Shown here piece by piece: positions 9,100 through 18,689 of a stretch of 47,270 bases of DNA; positions within the stretch are counted from its first letter, which is position 1, and every line of letters starts with the position of its first letter. The notes under the pieces are model-generated. The model did no database searches, had not been told where the DNA came from, and saw only the letters and a list, made by a program, of their open reading frames with translations. The stretch is from NCBI GenBank assembly GCA_964391025.1, contig CAYMKJ010000226.1:1-47270 (forward strand), given 5' to 3'. The position numbers and the translations under genes were made by a program. Source of the DNA: an uncultured Chromatiaceae bacterium. GTDB taxonomy: Bacteria; Pseudomonadota; Gammaproteobacteria; Steroidobacterales; GCA-2729495.

Positions 9100-9240
9100 G
9101 GGTTGGCTCTCGGTTTCTTATTGAGCGGCATGGGCTTAGCCGCTTTTGTTAAGTGGCCAGACTAGCACAAGCTCCGGCTTTGAAAGAGTTGTCTGCTATA
9201 CGTCAGCAACTCAACAGTGGATGGACACCAGGTTAGATTT

Positions 9241-9828
9241 TCAGATCGATCCGCCCGCCCGGACCACCTGCCCCGAGGCCGCGTGTCGGATTTCCGTGGG
9301 ACCGGGCGTCCCACCCGTGGCCCCACCGACGATCAGGTCCAGATAGGGACCAAAGCGCAGCCGCGCTGCCAGGGCGCAACGGGCGGGTGGTTTCCCCCGC
9401 CGGTTGGCACTCGTGGACACCAGTGGCAGACCGCTGGCCAGGCACAGACCAGCCGCCACGGGATGCCGGGTCACCCGCACGGCCACCGTGTCCCGACCAC
9501 CGGTAATCCAGTCCGGCGTCAGTGGCCCGGCGGTGACGACCCAGGTCACAGGACGGTTCACCTGGGTGGACAGCAGCTGACGCGCTTCCCGGGGCGTCGG
9601 CAGGATCCAGCCATCGAGCTGTTCCAGGCTGGCGGCGATCAGGATGAAACCAGCCGATACGGGTCGTTGCTTCAGTCCGAGCAGGAACTGCACGGCGCGC
9701 TCGTCATCCGGACGGCAGCCCAGGCCGTAGACGCCCTCGGTGGGGTACGCGATGACCCCGCCCGCGTGCAGGACGGCGGCGGCGTGACGCAGTCGTGGGG
9801 CAAGAAATCCGGGAGTCGTCACTACCAC
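9241..9828 (-). CDS. tsaC: L-threonylcarbamoyladenylate synthase (YrdC/RimN type)
   Basis: ...AVLHAGGVIAYPTEGVYGLGCRP...LPLVSTSANRRGKPPA matches TsaC. The track ORF extends to 10071 but would overlap topA. A GTG at 9828 (or 9822), just downstream of the topA stop (9848), gives about 195 aa. Confidence 0.85.
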   Translation of the reverse strand: MVVTTPGFLAPRLRHAAAVLHAGGVIAYPTEGVYGLGCRPDDERAVQFLLGLKQRPVSAGFILIAASLEQLDGWILPTPREARQLLSTQVNRPVTWVVTAGPLTPDWITGGRDTVAVRVTRHPVAAGLCLASGLPLVSTSANRRGKPPARCALAARLRFGPYLDLIVGGATGGTPGPTEIRHAASGQVVRAGGSI

Positions 9829-9847
9829 TCGCCGGGCGGGGCCCCGG

Positions 9848-12397
9848 CTACCCGGCGGCCGGTTTCGCGAGACGGCCGGCGGCGGGCTTTGCTTTGCCGG
9901 CCTTGCGCGCGGCCTTCTTCCGGGGCTTTGCGGCGGGCTTCGCTGCGGCGCCGACCGGGGCCAATTCGCCGTTGCCACCCGCAGCCGGCCCCGCCTTCTT
10001 CCTTGCGGCCTTCTTCGCCACCTTCTTCTTGGTGACGGGCCGGCCCCAGCGGCGCTTCGGCAGCGGCGCATTCGCGATCAACACCCGTGCTTCATCGAGG
10101 GTGATGGTCTCCGGCTCGCGATCCTTGGGCAATCGCGCATTCTTCTGGGCGTCCGTGAGGTACGGACCCCAGCGGCCCCGCAGGATGCGCAGGTTGTCCA
10201 CGCCGAAATCCTTGACCAGCTTGTTGGCATCGGCCTCCTGCTTGGCGCGAATGACCTCGATCGCCTCTTCAAGGGTGATCTTCAGCGGCTCATGCGCAGT
10301 GAGCGAGACGTACTTCTTCTTCACCTCGCCGGTCGACGTATCCAGGATCTCGTACTGCACGTAGGGGCCGAACTGCCCGGTGTTGGCGCTCACCGGTTCC
10401 CCGGTGGGCAGTTTGCCCAGCGAGCGCGGCAGCTTGAAGAGCTCCAGCGCATCGGGGAGCTGGATGGTGAACATGCTCTGGCCGGGCTGGAGCCCTTTCC
10501 ACCTGGGCTTTTCCTCGTCCTCTCGCCTGCCGATCTGAATGAAGGAGCCGTAACGGCCAAAGCGCGCGGAAATCGGCCGTCCCGACGTCGGGTCCGTACC
10601 CAGCTCGCGCACCTGCGCCGCTTCCTCCCGCGTCACTGACGCCTCCTTTTCCTTCAGCAGCACCGCGAAGGGTTTCCAGAACTCGTCGAGTACCGGCACC
10701 CAGTCCCGCTCGCCGCGAGAGACCTCGTCGAGCTCATCTTCCATGTGGGCCGTGAAGTCGTAATCCACGTAACGCGTAAAATTTCCCGTGAGGAAGCCGC
10801 TGACAATGCGACCGCCGTCGGTGGGCTTGAGCGCCCGGCCCTTCAGGTCGGCGTATTTGCGGTTCAGCAGGGTGGAAATGATGGTGGCGTAGGTGGAAGG
10901 CCGGCCGATACCGCACTCTTCAAGCGCCTTCACGAGGCTGGCCTCGGTGTAGCGCGCGGGCGGTTCCGTGAAGTGCTGCTCCGGCTTGATCGCTTCCAGA
11001 GGTAGCAGGTCCCCCTGCTGCACAGCGGGCAGCTTTACATCGGTGTCGTCGTCACCGACGTCATCCCGGCCTTCCAGGTAGACCGCAATGAAGCCTGGGC
11101 TCACCAGCGTGGAGCCTGTAGCCCGGAAGCGCCCGGCTTCGGCGCGTAGCGAAGGCACCAGGTCCACGGCCAGCATGTCGTAGACCGCTGGCTCCATCTG
11201 CGACGCGATCGTGCGCTTCCAGATCAGGCCGTACAGCTTGAATTGTTCGTCTGTCAGAAAGCTGCGGAGGTCCTCCGGTACCCGGCGAATGCTGGTCGGC
11301 CGAATGCCTTCGTGGGCCTCCTGCGCATTTTTCGCCGACGTCTTGTAGACGTTCGGCTGCGCCGGCAGGCTGGCTTTGCCATAGCGCTCGACGATGAAGG
11401 CCCGGATGTCGTCCACAGCCTCCTTGGCGAGGCCCACGGAATCCGTGCGCATGTAGGTGATCAGACCTACCGTCCCCTCGGGAATCGCGATGCCCTCGTA
11501 GAGTTTTTGCGCCACCTGCATTGTGTTGCGCGCCCGGAACCCAAGCTTGCGGGAGGCTTCCTGCTGCAGGGTTGAAGTAATGAATGGTGGCGCCGGACGG
11601 CGCCGGCGCTGGCTACGTTCCACGGTTTTCACCCGCAACTGCCCGCTGGCAGCTGCCTCCAGGGCCTGCTGCGCCTCGGTGGCCTGGGACGCGTTCTGGA
11701 AGGTGAAGGTCTCGGGCTTTTCACGGTTGAAGGTGTCGACGACCTTGCGCCCGGAGTACTCGACGAGGCGCGCCGCGAAGACACCAGGCGGCTTGCCCGT
11801 GGCCGCCTCGATGGACCAGTACTCCTGGCTGCGGAAGGCCTCGATCGCTTCCTCCCGCTCCACGAGCATGCGCAGCGCTGGGCTTTGCACCCTGCCGGCG
11901 GAGAGCTTCGGGCTGATTTTGCGCCACAACAGGGGCGACAATTTGAAGCCGATCAGGTGGTCCATCGCCCGGCGCGTGCGGTAAGCATTGACGAGATCCA
12001 TTGAGACCTCGCGTGGCTGCTTGATGGCTTCAAGAACTTCCCGCTCGGTGATCTCGTAGAACACCACCCGGTAGACCTTGCGATCCTTGAGCAGGCCCCG
12101 CTCACCGAGGATCTCCTGCAGGTGCCAGGAAATGGCCTCACCCTCGCGGTCCGGGTCCGTTGCCAGGTAGAGCGCATCACCCTTCTTTAGGGCACTCGCG
12201 ATCGCGGAAATGTGCTTCTCTTTATCCTCCGCCACCGAGTACTTCATGAGGTACCCGTGGTCCGGATCCACCGCCCCGTCCTTCTCGAGCAGATCGCGCA
12301 CATGACCATAGGAGGCCAGCACCTTGAAGTCCTTGCCCAGGTACTTCTCGATGGTCTTGGCCTTGGCGGGCGACTCGACGATGACGACGTTGGGCAT
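9848..12397 (-). CDS. topA: DNA topoisomerase I (type IA) with a Cys-free C-terminal repeat domain and a Lys/Ala-rich tail
   Basis: TOPRIM N-terminus MPNVVIVESPAKAKTIEKYLG, active-site region GLITYMRTDS, 849 aa. Confidence 0.97.
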   Translation of the reverse strand: MPNVVIVESPAKAKTIEKYLGKDFKVLASYGHVRDLLEKDGAVDPDHGYLMKYSVAEDKEKHISAIASALKKGDALYLATDPDREGEAISWHLQEILGERGLLKDRKVYRVVFYEITEREVLEAIKQPREVSMDLVNAYRTRRAMDHLIGFKLSPLLWRKISPKLSAGRVQSPALRMLVEREEAIEAFRSQEYWSIEAATGKPPGVFAARLVEYSGRKVVDTFNREKPETFTFQNASQATEAQQALEAAASGQLRVKTVERSQRRRRPAPPFITSTLQQEASRKLGFRARNTMQVAQKLYEGIAIPEGTVGLITYMRTDSVGLAKEAVDDIRAFIVERYGKASLPAQPNVYKTSAKNAQEAHEGIRPTSIRRVPEDLRSFLTDEQFKLYGLIWKRTIASQMEPAVYDMLAVDLVPSLRAEAGRFRATGSTLVSPGFIAVYLEGRDDVGDDDTDVKLPAVQQGDLLPLEAIKPEQHFTEPPARYTEASLVKALEECGIGRPSTYATIISTLLNRKYADLKGRALKPTDGGRIVSGFLTGNFTRYVDYDFTAHMEDELDEVSRGERDWVPVLDEFWKPFAVLLKEKEASVTREEAAQVRELGTDPTSGRPISARFGRYGSFIQIGRREDEEKPRWKGLQPGQSMFTIQLPDALELFKLPRSLGKLPTGEPVSANTGQFGPYVQYEILDTSTGEVKKKYVSLTAHEPLKITLEEAIEVIRAKQEADANKLVKDFGVDNLRILRGRWGPYLTDAQKNARLPKDREPETITLDEARVLIANAPLPKRRWGRPVTKKKVAKKAARKKAGPAAGGNGELAPVGAAAKPAAKPRKKAARKAGKAKPAAGRLAKPAAG

Positions 12398-12478
12398 TCG
12401 ATTCTCTATAGACGACGAAGCCGCGACACTAGCGCGGCTTGCTCTGGGTTGTTAGAGACTGAGCAGTGGTTTTCGAGC

Positions 12479-12949
12479 TCAATTCATCGCGCCAGTGCTC
12501 TCCTCGAAGACCAGATCTTCCATCCGGGAGAAGGCGGATTCCTGCCCGGGCTGCGCGAACAGCACCATGAGCACGACCCACTTGACCTGTTCCTTGTCGA
12601 CCGTGCCGGAACCCAGTGCCATCAACCGGTCGATGACCACCTCGCGCTGCGCGGGTGACAGGATACCGATCTGCTCCAGGTACAGCAGGTAGCCCCGGCA
12701 CTCGAGGTCGAGTCGGCGCAGTTCCACATCGTTGTAGACCCGGATGGAGCGGTCGCCCGGCACGCCGGCAAACGGCGCGCTGGTCTCGCTGAGGCCGTCG
12801 ATCCAGTCCAGGGCACTGTCCACCTCGGGCTCGCCGAAACCAGCCCTCAGGAGTTCCTCGCGGAGCACATCCTGGTTGGCGGTGTCGGGTTCCTGGTCCG
12901 AGTAGGTCTCGAAGAGGTAAAGGAGCACGTCGAGAACGGTATCGCTCAT
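12479..12949 (-). CDS. smg: Smg protein (DUF494)
   Basis: MSDTVLDVLLYLFETY... is typical of Smg, and the position between dprA and topA is conserved. Confidence 0.9.
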   Translation of the reverse strand: MSDTVLDVLLYLFETYSDQEPDTANQDVLREELLRAGFGEPEVDSALDWIDGLSETSAPFAGVPGDRSIRVYNDVELRRLDLECRGYLLYLEQIGILSPAQREVVIDRLMALGSGTVDKEQVKWVVLMVLFAQPGQESAFSRMEDLVFEESTGAMN

Positions 12950-13950
12950 GTATCGACGCTCCTTTTTTTACCTGCCCTTTGATAGCGGCCACCGGAGAGT
13001 TGCCGCACCGAACCCTGCAATTCGAGCATCAGAAGCATGGAGGAAACCTCCCCGATCGTCAATCGGGAGCGGGCGACAAGGCTGTCTGCGTCCACCGGAT
13101 CCCACCCCATTGCTGCCAGGAGCTGTGCGTACTCCGCGTCGGGTTCCGCCGCGCTGACAGGCGCTTCCGGCATGACGCCTTCGCCCACCGGTGCGTCGGG
13201 AAGCTGCAGGCCGGCAAGCAGACTGCTGAGTTCCTCCACGATGTCGGTCGCGGTCTCCACCAGTTTCGCGCCGTTGCGAATCAGGCGATGGCAGCCGCGC
13301 GCGACGGGATTATGTATGGAGCCCGGGATCGCGAACACTTCGCGGCCCTGCTCCATGGCATGGCGCGCCGTGATCAGTGCGCCGCTGCGCACACTGGCCT
13401 CGACCACCAGCGTACCGATCGACAGTCCGCTGATCAGCCGGTTCCGACGGGGAAAGTTCGCGCGAAGCACCGGCGTGCCTGGGGCAAATTCGGACACGAT
13501 GGCCCCACCCGCGGCGACGATCTCCGCCGCGAGACTTTCGTGCTGGCGCGGATAGACGATGTCGGGCCCCGTGCCGCACACGGCTAGAGTTTGTCCACGG
13601 GCCGCCAGCGCGCCGCGATGGGCGGCCGCGTCGATGCCTTCCGCCAGTCCGCTGGTAATGCAGAAGCCCCGCGCGGCCAGGTGCGACGCGAAGCTATGGG
13701 CAGTCTCGGCGCCGGCGGGCGTGGCATTGCGACTGCCGACGATCGCGAGCTGCGGAAGGGACAGCACATCCACATTGCCGCGGACGAACAGCTGGGTTGG
13801 TGGGCTGGCAATTTCCCGGAGCAGCGCCGGGTAACCGGCGTCGGCTGGTGTGAGCAGATGGGCGTCGGGCCTGTCTAGCCAGTTGTCAGTGGACACAATG
13901 CTTCCTGCGGCGATGCTTCCGTGTCGGGCCAGGGCCCGACGCGGAAGCAT
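12946..13950 (-). CDS. dprA: DNA-processing protein DprA/Smf
   Basis: Rossmann-fold motifs SGLAEGIDAAAHRGAL and NFPRRNRLISGLS. There is a 4-nt overlap with smg. Confidence 0.9.
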   Translation of the reverse strand: MLPRRALARHGSIAAGSIVSTDNWLDRPDAHLLTPADAGYPALLREIASPPTQLFVRGNVDVLSLPQLAIVGSRNATPAGAETAHSFASHLAARGFCITSGLAEGIDAAAHRGALAARGQTLAVCGTGPDIVYPRQHESLAAEIVAAGGAIVSEFAPGTPVLRANFPRRNRLISGLSIGTLVVEASVRSGALITARHAMEQGREVFAIPGSIHNPVARGCHRLIRNGAKLVETATDIVEELSSLLAGLQLPDAPVGEGVMPEAPVSAAEPDAEYAQLLAAMGWDPVDADSLVARSRLTIGEVSSMLLMLELQGSVRQLSGGRYQRAGKKRSVDT

Positions 13951-13994
13951 CGCCGCAGAAAACCCCCCGGCTTGGGGAGGGCTAGGCGAGAGGA

Positions 13995-15074
13995 TCAGCT
14001 CGGGTTACGGACCTTGTCGAGGGTGTGGATCGGGCCTTCAGCCTCCATGATCAGCGCGTAGCTGAGGCGGTCGTAAGTCTTGAAGACCATTAGAGTCCCG
14101 GCCCGCTCGTCCGGCAACTGCACTTTGCGGCCAAAGAGCCCAGAATCGATGGGATCCGCGACCCGGTCGCCAACCTGCCACACGGTCAACACGTGGCCAG
14201 GCGCAAGCCCGTCGCGAGCGCCCCGATTGATCACCACGACCTCGTACTGGCCGATCTGCGAGATGCCACCCGCAACGTGCACGACGCGACCCTCGACCGG
14301 GCGATCCGGAGCCCGCGGCTCGAACTGCATGGGCAGTGGCGCTGCCTGAGCAATCAGACGGTCACCCTTCATGGCTTCCCGCTGGGAGTTGGTGAGTTCC
14401 AGGGTGGCCGGATCGCCCGTGCGGCGAATGCGGCCATCGGCGACATAGATGCCCTCGTAGCCCAGCACGTCTCCGTCGTCGGGATCCACCAGCCTGTCGC
14501 CGATGTGGACTACGCTGTAGATGGCTTCGTCGCCGGAAACTTCGCCCCGCACGTAAACGTCGTTGCCGGTGGCTCCGACCAGGTGAGCATCACGCAGGGC
14601 CACGATGTGGGGCAGACCGTCGATTTCGTCCTTCGCAAGCACCACGCCCTTGCCAAGGAACGGCCCGATAACCTCGTAGGGGATCGTGTCCACGGCCCCG
14701 GTGAGCGGTTCTTCACGGATCCGGGGCGACAGGCGGTCCGTGCCGCTGGCTCCAACGGCAGCTCGGGAACTGCGAATTTGTGGCTGCCCGTCCACGTAGA
14801 CCAGGGTCAGCACGTCGCCGGGATAAATGAGGTGCGGATTCTCGACCTGGGGGTTTACGTACCAGATTTCGGGCCAGTACCAGGGGTCCCGCAGGAAAAT
14901 GCTGGAGATACCCCAGAGGGTGTCTCCCGGCTTCACGACGTACCTGTCGGGATGCGCCGGATTTAACGGAATCCCGCCGCCTTGCTGCGCCAAGAGGCCG
15001 CCTCCTGCCGTGGCGAGCAGGAGGGATATGAGCAACGCAGCGGCTGACCGGCCATTATTCCGGAAGATTTTCAT
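13995..15074 (-). CDS. tsaP: LysM peptidoglycan-binding protein, TsaP-like
   Basis: Signal peptide, then LysM (YVVKPGDTLWGISSIFLRDPWYWPEIW). It sits between dprA and def, as tsaP does in Pseudomonas/Neisseria-type genomes. Confidence 0.78.
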   Translation of the reverse strand: MKIFRNNGRSAAALLISLLLATAGGGLLAQQGGGIPLNPAHPDRYVVKPGDTLWGISSIFLRDPWYWPEIWYVNPQVENPHLIYPGDVLTLVYVDGQPQIRSSRAAVGASGTDRLSPRIREEPLTGAVDTIPYEVIGPFLGKGVVLAKDEIDGLPHIVALRDAHLVGATGNDVYVRGEVSGDEAIYSVVHIGDRLVDPDDGDVLGYEGIYVADGRIRRTGDPATLELTNSQREAMKGDRLIAQAAPLPMQFEPRAPDRPVEGRVVHVAGGISQIGQYEVVVINRGARDGLAPGHVLTVWQVGDRVADPIDSGLFGRKVQLPDERAGTLMVFKTYDRLSYALIMEAEGPIHTLDKVRNPS

Positions 15075-15221
15075 GGGGACTCCATGCTTTAAACTGTGCG
15101 CCCGGGAAACCCAAACCCGGGCCCGAAGTCAGACAAGAACTCTGAGGCCAAGCGGCAGCAGATGTAGCATAAAATCAAGCCACTTACATAGCACTTATGG
15201 CCAAACTGTGAAGGACGCACT

Positions 15222-15776
15222 ATGGCGGTCCTGAAAATCCTCGAGTATCCGGATCCCCGCCTGCGGATCCGGGCCACTCCCGTCCCAGGGGTCACCGACG
15301 AGATCCGGCTGCTGGCTGCCGACATGCTGGAAACGATGTATGCGGCCCCGGGGGTGGGCCTCGCGGCCACCCAGGTGGACCGGCATATCCGCCTGATTGT
15401 GCTCGACGTCTCGGAGACGAGGGACCAGCCCCACGTGCTGATCAACCCCGAGATCCTGTCCCGCGAAGGCGTCGAGACCGGCCAGGAGGGGTGCCTGTCG
15501 GTGCCGGGGGTTACCGAAGAGGTCGATCGGGCGGCACGCATCCGGGTCCGGGCCCTGGACGCCGCTGGCAAGGTCATCCAGTTTGATACGGAGGGGCTGC
15601 TGGCCGTGTGCATCCAGCACGAACTGGATCACCTCGTCGGCAAGTTGTTCGTGGACTACCTTTCCGAACTGAAACGTCAGCGCCTGAAAAAGCGGGCGGC
15701 CAAGGCGCGTCGCCAGGATGACGCCGCCAATACGGCGCCGACAGGTCCACTGCGGGACCGAGTGCCCGTCATCTGA
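15222..15776 (+). CDS. def: peptide deformylase
   Basis: The three motifs [17 protein letters not shown] and HELDHL are present. Confidence 0.95.
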   Translation: MAVLKILEYPDPRLRIRATPVPGVTDEIRLLAADMLETMYAAPGVGLAATQVDRHIRLIVLDVSETRDQPHVLINPEILSREGVETGQEGCLSVPGVTEEVDRAARIRVRALDAAGKVIQFDTEGLLAVCIQHELDHLVGKLFVDYLSELKRQRLKKRAAKARRQDDAANTAPTGPLRDRVPVI

Positions 15777-15784
15777 ACGGGCGC

Positions 15785-16714
15785 GTGCTTTTCGCCGGGT
15801 CGCCGGCTTTCGCCGTCCCGACACTCCAGCGTCTGGTGGATCTCGGCCACCGGCCTGCCGCGGTGCTGACCCAGCCGGACCGGCCCGCGGGCCGAGGCCG
15901 CGCCGTTGGCGCCGGGCCTGTGAAGCAGCTGGCCCTCGACCTTGGGATACCCGTCCTCCAGCCCGCCACCCTGAGGACCGACGTGGCGCAGTCCCAACTC
16001 CGCGAGTGCTCGCCCGACCTCATCGTGGTCGTGGCTTACGGCCTCCTGTTGCCCCCTGCCGTGCTGGCCATGCCGCGCCTGGGCTGCGTGAACGTGCATG
16101 CGTCGCTGCTGCCGCGCTGGCGCGGCGCCTCGCCCATCCAGGCGGCCATCCTGGCGGGCGATGCCGAGACTGGCGTCAGCATCATGCAGCTGGAGGCCGG
16201 GTTGGACACGGGGCCGGTATTTGCTACCGCGAGACTCACGATCGGCGCCGACGAAACCGCCGGCGAGCTGGAGGCACGGCTCGCCAGGCTCGGGGCTGAT
16301 ACGCTCGGCAACCTCCTCGAACCGCTGCTGGCTGGTCAGCTCACATCCCAGGCCCAGCCGGCGGATGGCGTCACCTACGCAGGCCGCATCAGCAAGTTGG
16401 AGGCACGGATCGACTGGCATGAACCCGCCGTCGCGATTGCCCGTCGCGTGCGCGCCTGGAACCCCTGGCCCGTGGCGGAGACGCTGCTGGACGGGCAAAA
16501 ACTCCGGTGCTTTGCCGGTGAGCCGCTCGGCGCCGAGACCCCGGATGCCGGACGCGTGCCTGGCCAGATTCTCGCCTGGGATGCCCTGGGGCTAGAGGTG
16601 CAGACCGGCGCGGGCCGGCTGCGGCTGCGCACGGTCCAGCTGCCGGGGCGCCAGCGGGTTGCGGCGGCCGACTTCGCCCGCGGGCGGGCCCTCCTGGGCA
16701 AAGTGCTCGGTTGA
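15785..16714 (+). CDS. fmt: methionyl-tRNA formyltransferase
   Basis: HASLLPRWRGASPIQ motif, located immediately after def, GTG start. Confidence 0.95.
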   Translation: MLFAGSPAFAVPTLQRLVDLGHRPAAVLTQPDRPAGRGRAVGAGPVKQLALDLGIPVLQPATLRTDVAQSQLRECSPDLIVVVAYGLLLPPAVLAMPRLGCVNVHASLLPRWRGASPIQAAILAGDAETGVSIMQLEAGLDTGPVFATARLTIGADETAGELEARLARLGADTLGNLLEPLLAGQLTSQAQPADGVTYAGRISKLEARIDWHEPAVAIARRVRAWNPWPVAETLLDGQKLRCFAGEPLGAETPDAGRVPGQILAWDALGLEVQTGAGRLRLRTVQLPGRQRVAAADFARGRALLGKVLG

Positions 16715-16727
16715 TGACTTGGCCTCG

Positions 16728-18059
16728 ATGAGTGCCGGCGCGCTCACCCGCGCCCTCGCAGCGAGGGCTGTCGCCACCGTCCTCTCTCGGGGCCAGACTC
16801 TCGATACGGCGCTGGAGACCCTCCTCGCCGGCACCGACCAGGACGTCCGGCAGCTGCCGGACCGGGATCGCGCTCAGGTCCGGGCGCTCGCTTTCGGCGC
16901 CGTGCGCAGCCACCACCGGCACCGGGCGCTGCTCAAGGAACTGCTCGATCGACCGCTGAAGGCCGGCGACTGCACGCTCGAGGCGCTGCTTTCGGTCGGC
17001 CTGTTCCAGCTGGCGGATCCGGAACAGCCCGATCATGCGGCGGTGTCAGCCACGGTCGCGGCCACCCGGCTGCTGGGCCAGGAGCGGGCGGCGGGACTGG
17101 TGAACGCCAGCCTGCGGCGCTACCAGCGCGAAGCGTCCGGACTGCTGGAACGGCTGCGGGCTGATCCTGCCGGCTGGTACTCCCATCCGGCCTGGCTGCT
17201 CGATCGGTTGCGTACCGACTGGCCCGACCGCTGGCAGGAGATCGCCGCCGCCAATCAGCAACACCCGCCGCTCTGGCTCCGGGTGAACCGGAACCGCGCG
17301 AGCGTGAGTGATTACGCAGCCCGGCTCGCGACGGAGCTCGGTTTGAGCGCCACACCGTTGCCGGGGTTCCCGGACGCGCTGAAGCTTGAATCGGCGGTGC
17401 CCGTGCAGCGCCTCCCGGGTTTCGCGCAAGGCCAGGTCAGCGTCCAGGACGCAGCGTCGCAATTGGCGGCGCCATTGCTGGCCCCCGAGCAGGGCATGCG
17501 GGTACTCGATGCCTGCGCCGCACCGGGTGGCAAGACTGCCCACCTGCTCGAGTACGCCGGCGGGCGGCTTGAACTCACGGCGCTGGATATTTCCGGGTCG
17601 CGCCTCACGCAGGTGGAGAGCAACCTGCGGCGCCTCGGCCAGCGGGCAAGGGTTCTCGTGGGCGATGCGACGGAGCCGGCGACCTGGTGGGACGGCCGGC
17701 CCTTCGACCGAATCCTGGTGGATGCGCCCTGCACGGCCACCGGCGTGATCCGCCGACACCCGGATATCAAGCTGCTGCGCCGGGCCGGGGACGTGCCGGG
17801 GCTGGTCAGCCGCCAGCGTCTGCTGCTGGAACGCCTCTGGCCGCTGCTGGGGCCGGGCGGCAAGCTGCTGTACAGCACCTGCTCGCTGCTGCGGGCGGAA
17901 AATCAAGCACTGGTGGCGGATTTTCTGGCGACCGGTGCGGCCCAGCTCGAGCCCGGGACAACCACCCCGGGGCTGCAGTTGCTGCCTGGGGACCGGGATA
18001 CCGACGGGTTTTACTATGCTTTAATGGTCGCCGCGACCAGGGAGCGGGAAACCGGCTGA
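16728..18059 (+). CDS. rsmB: 16S rRNA (cytosine967-C5)-methyltransferase
   Basis: SAM motif DACAAPGGKT and catalytic YSTCSL. The ATG at 16728, just after the fmt stop, is preferred over the track start at 16659. Confidence 0.9.
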   Translation: MSAGALTRALAARAVATVLSRGQTLDTALETLLAGTDQDVRQLPDRDRAQVRALAFGAVRSHHRHRALLKELLDRPLKAGDCTLEALLSVGLFQLADPEQPDHAAVSATVAATRLLGQERAAGLVNASLRRYQREASGLLERLRADPAGWYSHPAWLLDRLRTDWPDRWQEIAAANQQHPPLWLRVNRNRASVSDYAARLATELGLSATPLPGFPDALKLESAVPVQRLPGFAQGQVSVQDAASQLAAPLLAPEQGMRVLDACAAPGGKTAHLLEYAGGRLELTALDISGSRLTQVESNLRRLGQRARVLVGDATEPATWWDGRPFDRILVDAPCTATGVIRRHPDIKLLRRAGDVPGLVSRQRLLLERLWPLLGPGGKLLYSTCSLLRAENQALVADFLATGAAQLEPGTTTPGLQLLPGDRDTDGFYYALMVAATRERETG

Positions 18060-18095
18060 GCCAGCCCACCACGTGGCGCCCGGGATACCACTGAC

Positions 18096-18689
18096 GTGCA
18101 GAAAAACAACGCCCGTTATGCCGGACCCCTTACGGCACTCGTTGCCCTCGCCGGGCTGCTGTGCGCGGCGGCCCTGCACGGCCAGGAGACGGGCCTCGAG
18201 GTCCGCAATGCCAGCACGCGCCTCGAGGCGGGAGTCTGGTATCTCTCCGCCCGGATCGATTACCACCTGAATCGCGACACCCTGGACGCCCTCCAGAACG
18301 GCATTCCGCTCACTTTCGAACTGCAGGTCGAGCTGACTGAAGATCGGCGCTGGCTACCGGACGTGGACGTGGCTTCCCTGCGCCAGTACTTCGAACTGTC
18401 CTGGCAACCGCTCTCCCGCGGCTATCTGGTGCGCAACAAGAACAGCGGCGACCAGCGCGCTCACACCACGCTGTTTGCGGCGCTGAACGACCTGGGCCGC
18501 ATATCGGCCCTGCCTCTCATCGATGCCGCTCTCATCGACGAAAACAAGGACTACGCAGTGAGCCTGCGTGCCGTTCTCGACCAGCAGCAGCTCCCGGGGC
18601 TGCTGCGCATGCTGGCCTTCTGGGACGACGACTTCACCCTGGAAAGCGAGTGGTACCGGTGGAACCTGCGGACGGGTCAACCCCCGTGA
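18096..18689 (+). CDS. DUF4390 domain protein (periplasmic, signal peptide)
   Basis: 197 aa. Its pattern (...GIPLTFELQVEL...RRW...LSWQPLSRGYLVRN...) and its position between rsmB and an NtrY-like kinase fit DUF4390 as I recall it. Confidence 0.7.
   Translation: MQKNNARYAGPLTALVALAGLLCAAALHGQETGLEVRNASTRLEAGVWYLSARIDYHLNRDTLDALQNGIPLTFELQVELTEDRRWLPDVDVASLRQYFELSWQPLSRGYLVRNKNSGDQRAHTTLFAALNDLGRISALPLIDAALIDENKDYAVSLRAVLDQQQLPGLLRMLAFWDDDFTLESEWYRWNLRTGQPP

Noticed and set aside
9829-10071. 81-codon N-terminal extension of tsaC in the ORF track.
   Set aside because: It would overlap the 3' end of topA by more than 200 nt, and it encodes an Arg/Pro-rich string unlike TsaC. The GTG at 9828 or 9822, just after the topA stop, fits the family length.
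12418-12440. 8-bp hairpin (AAGCCGCG/CGCGGCTT) between smg and topA, as a possible attenuator.
   Set aside because: It is short with no U-tract, and the two genes are normally co-transcribed. The evidence is insufficient to call a feature.
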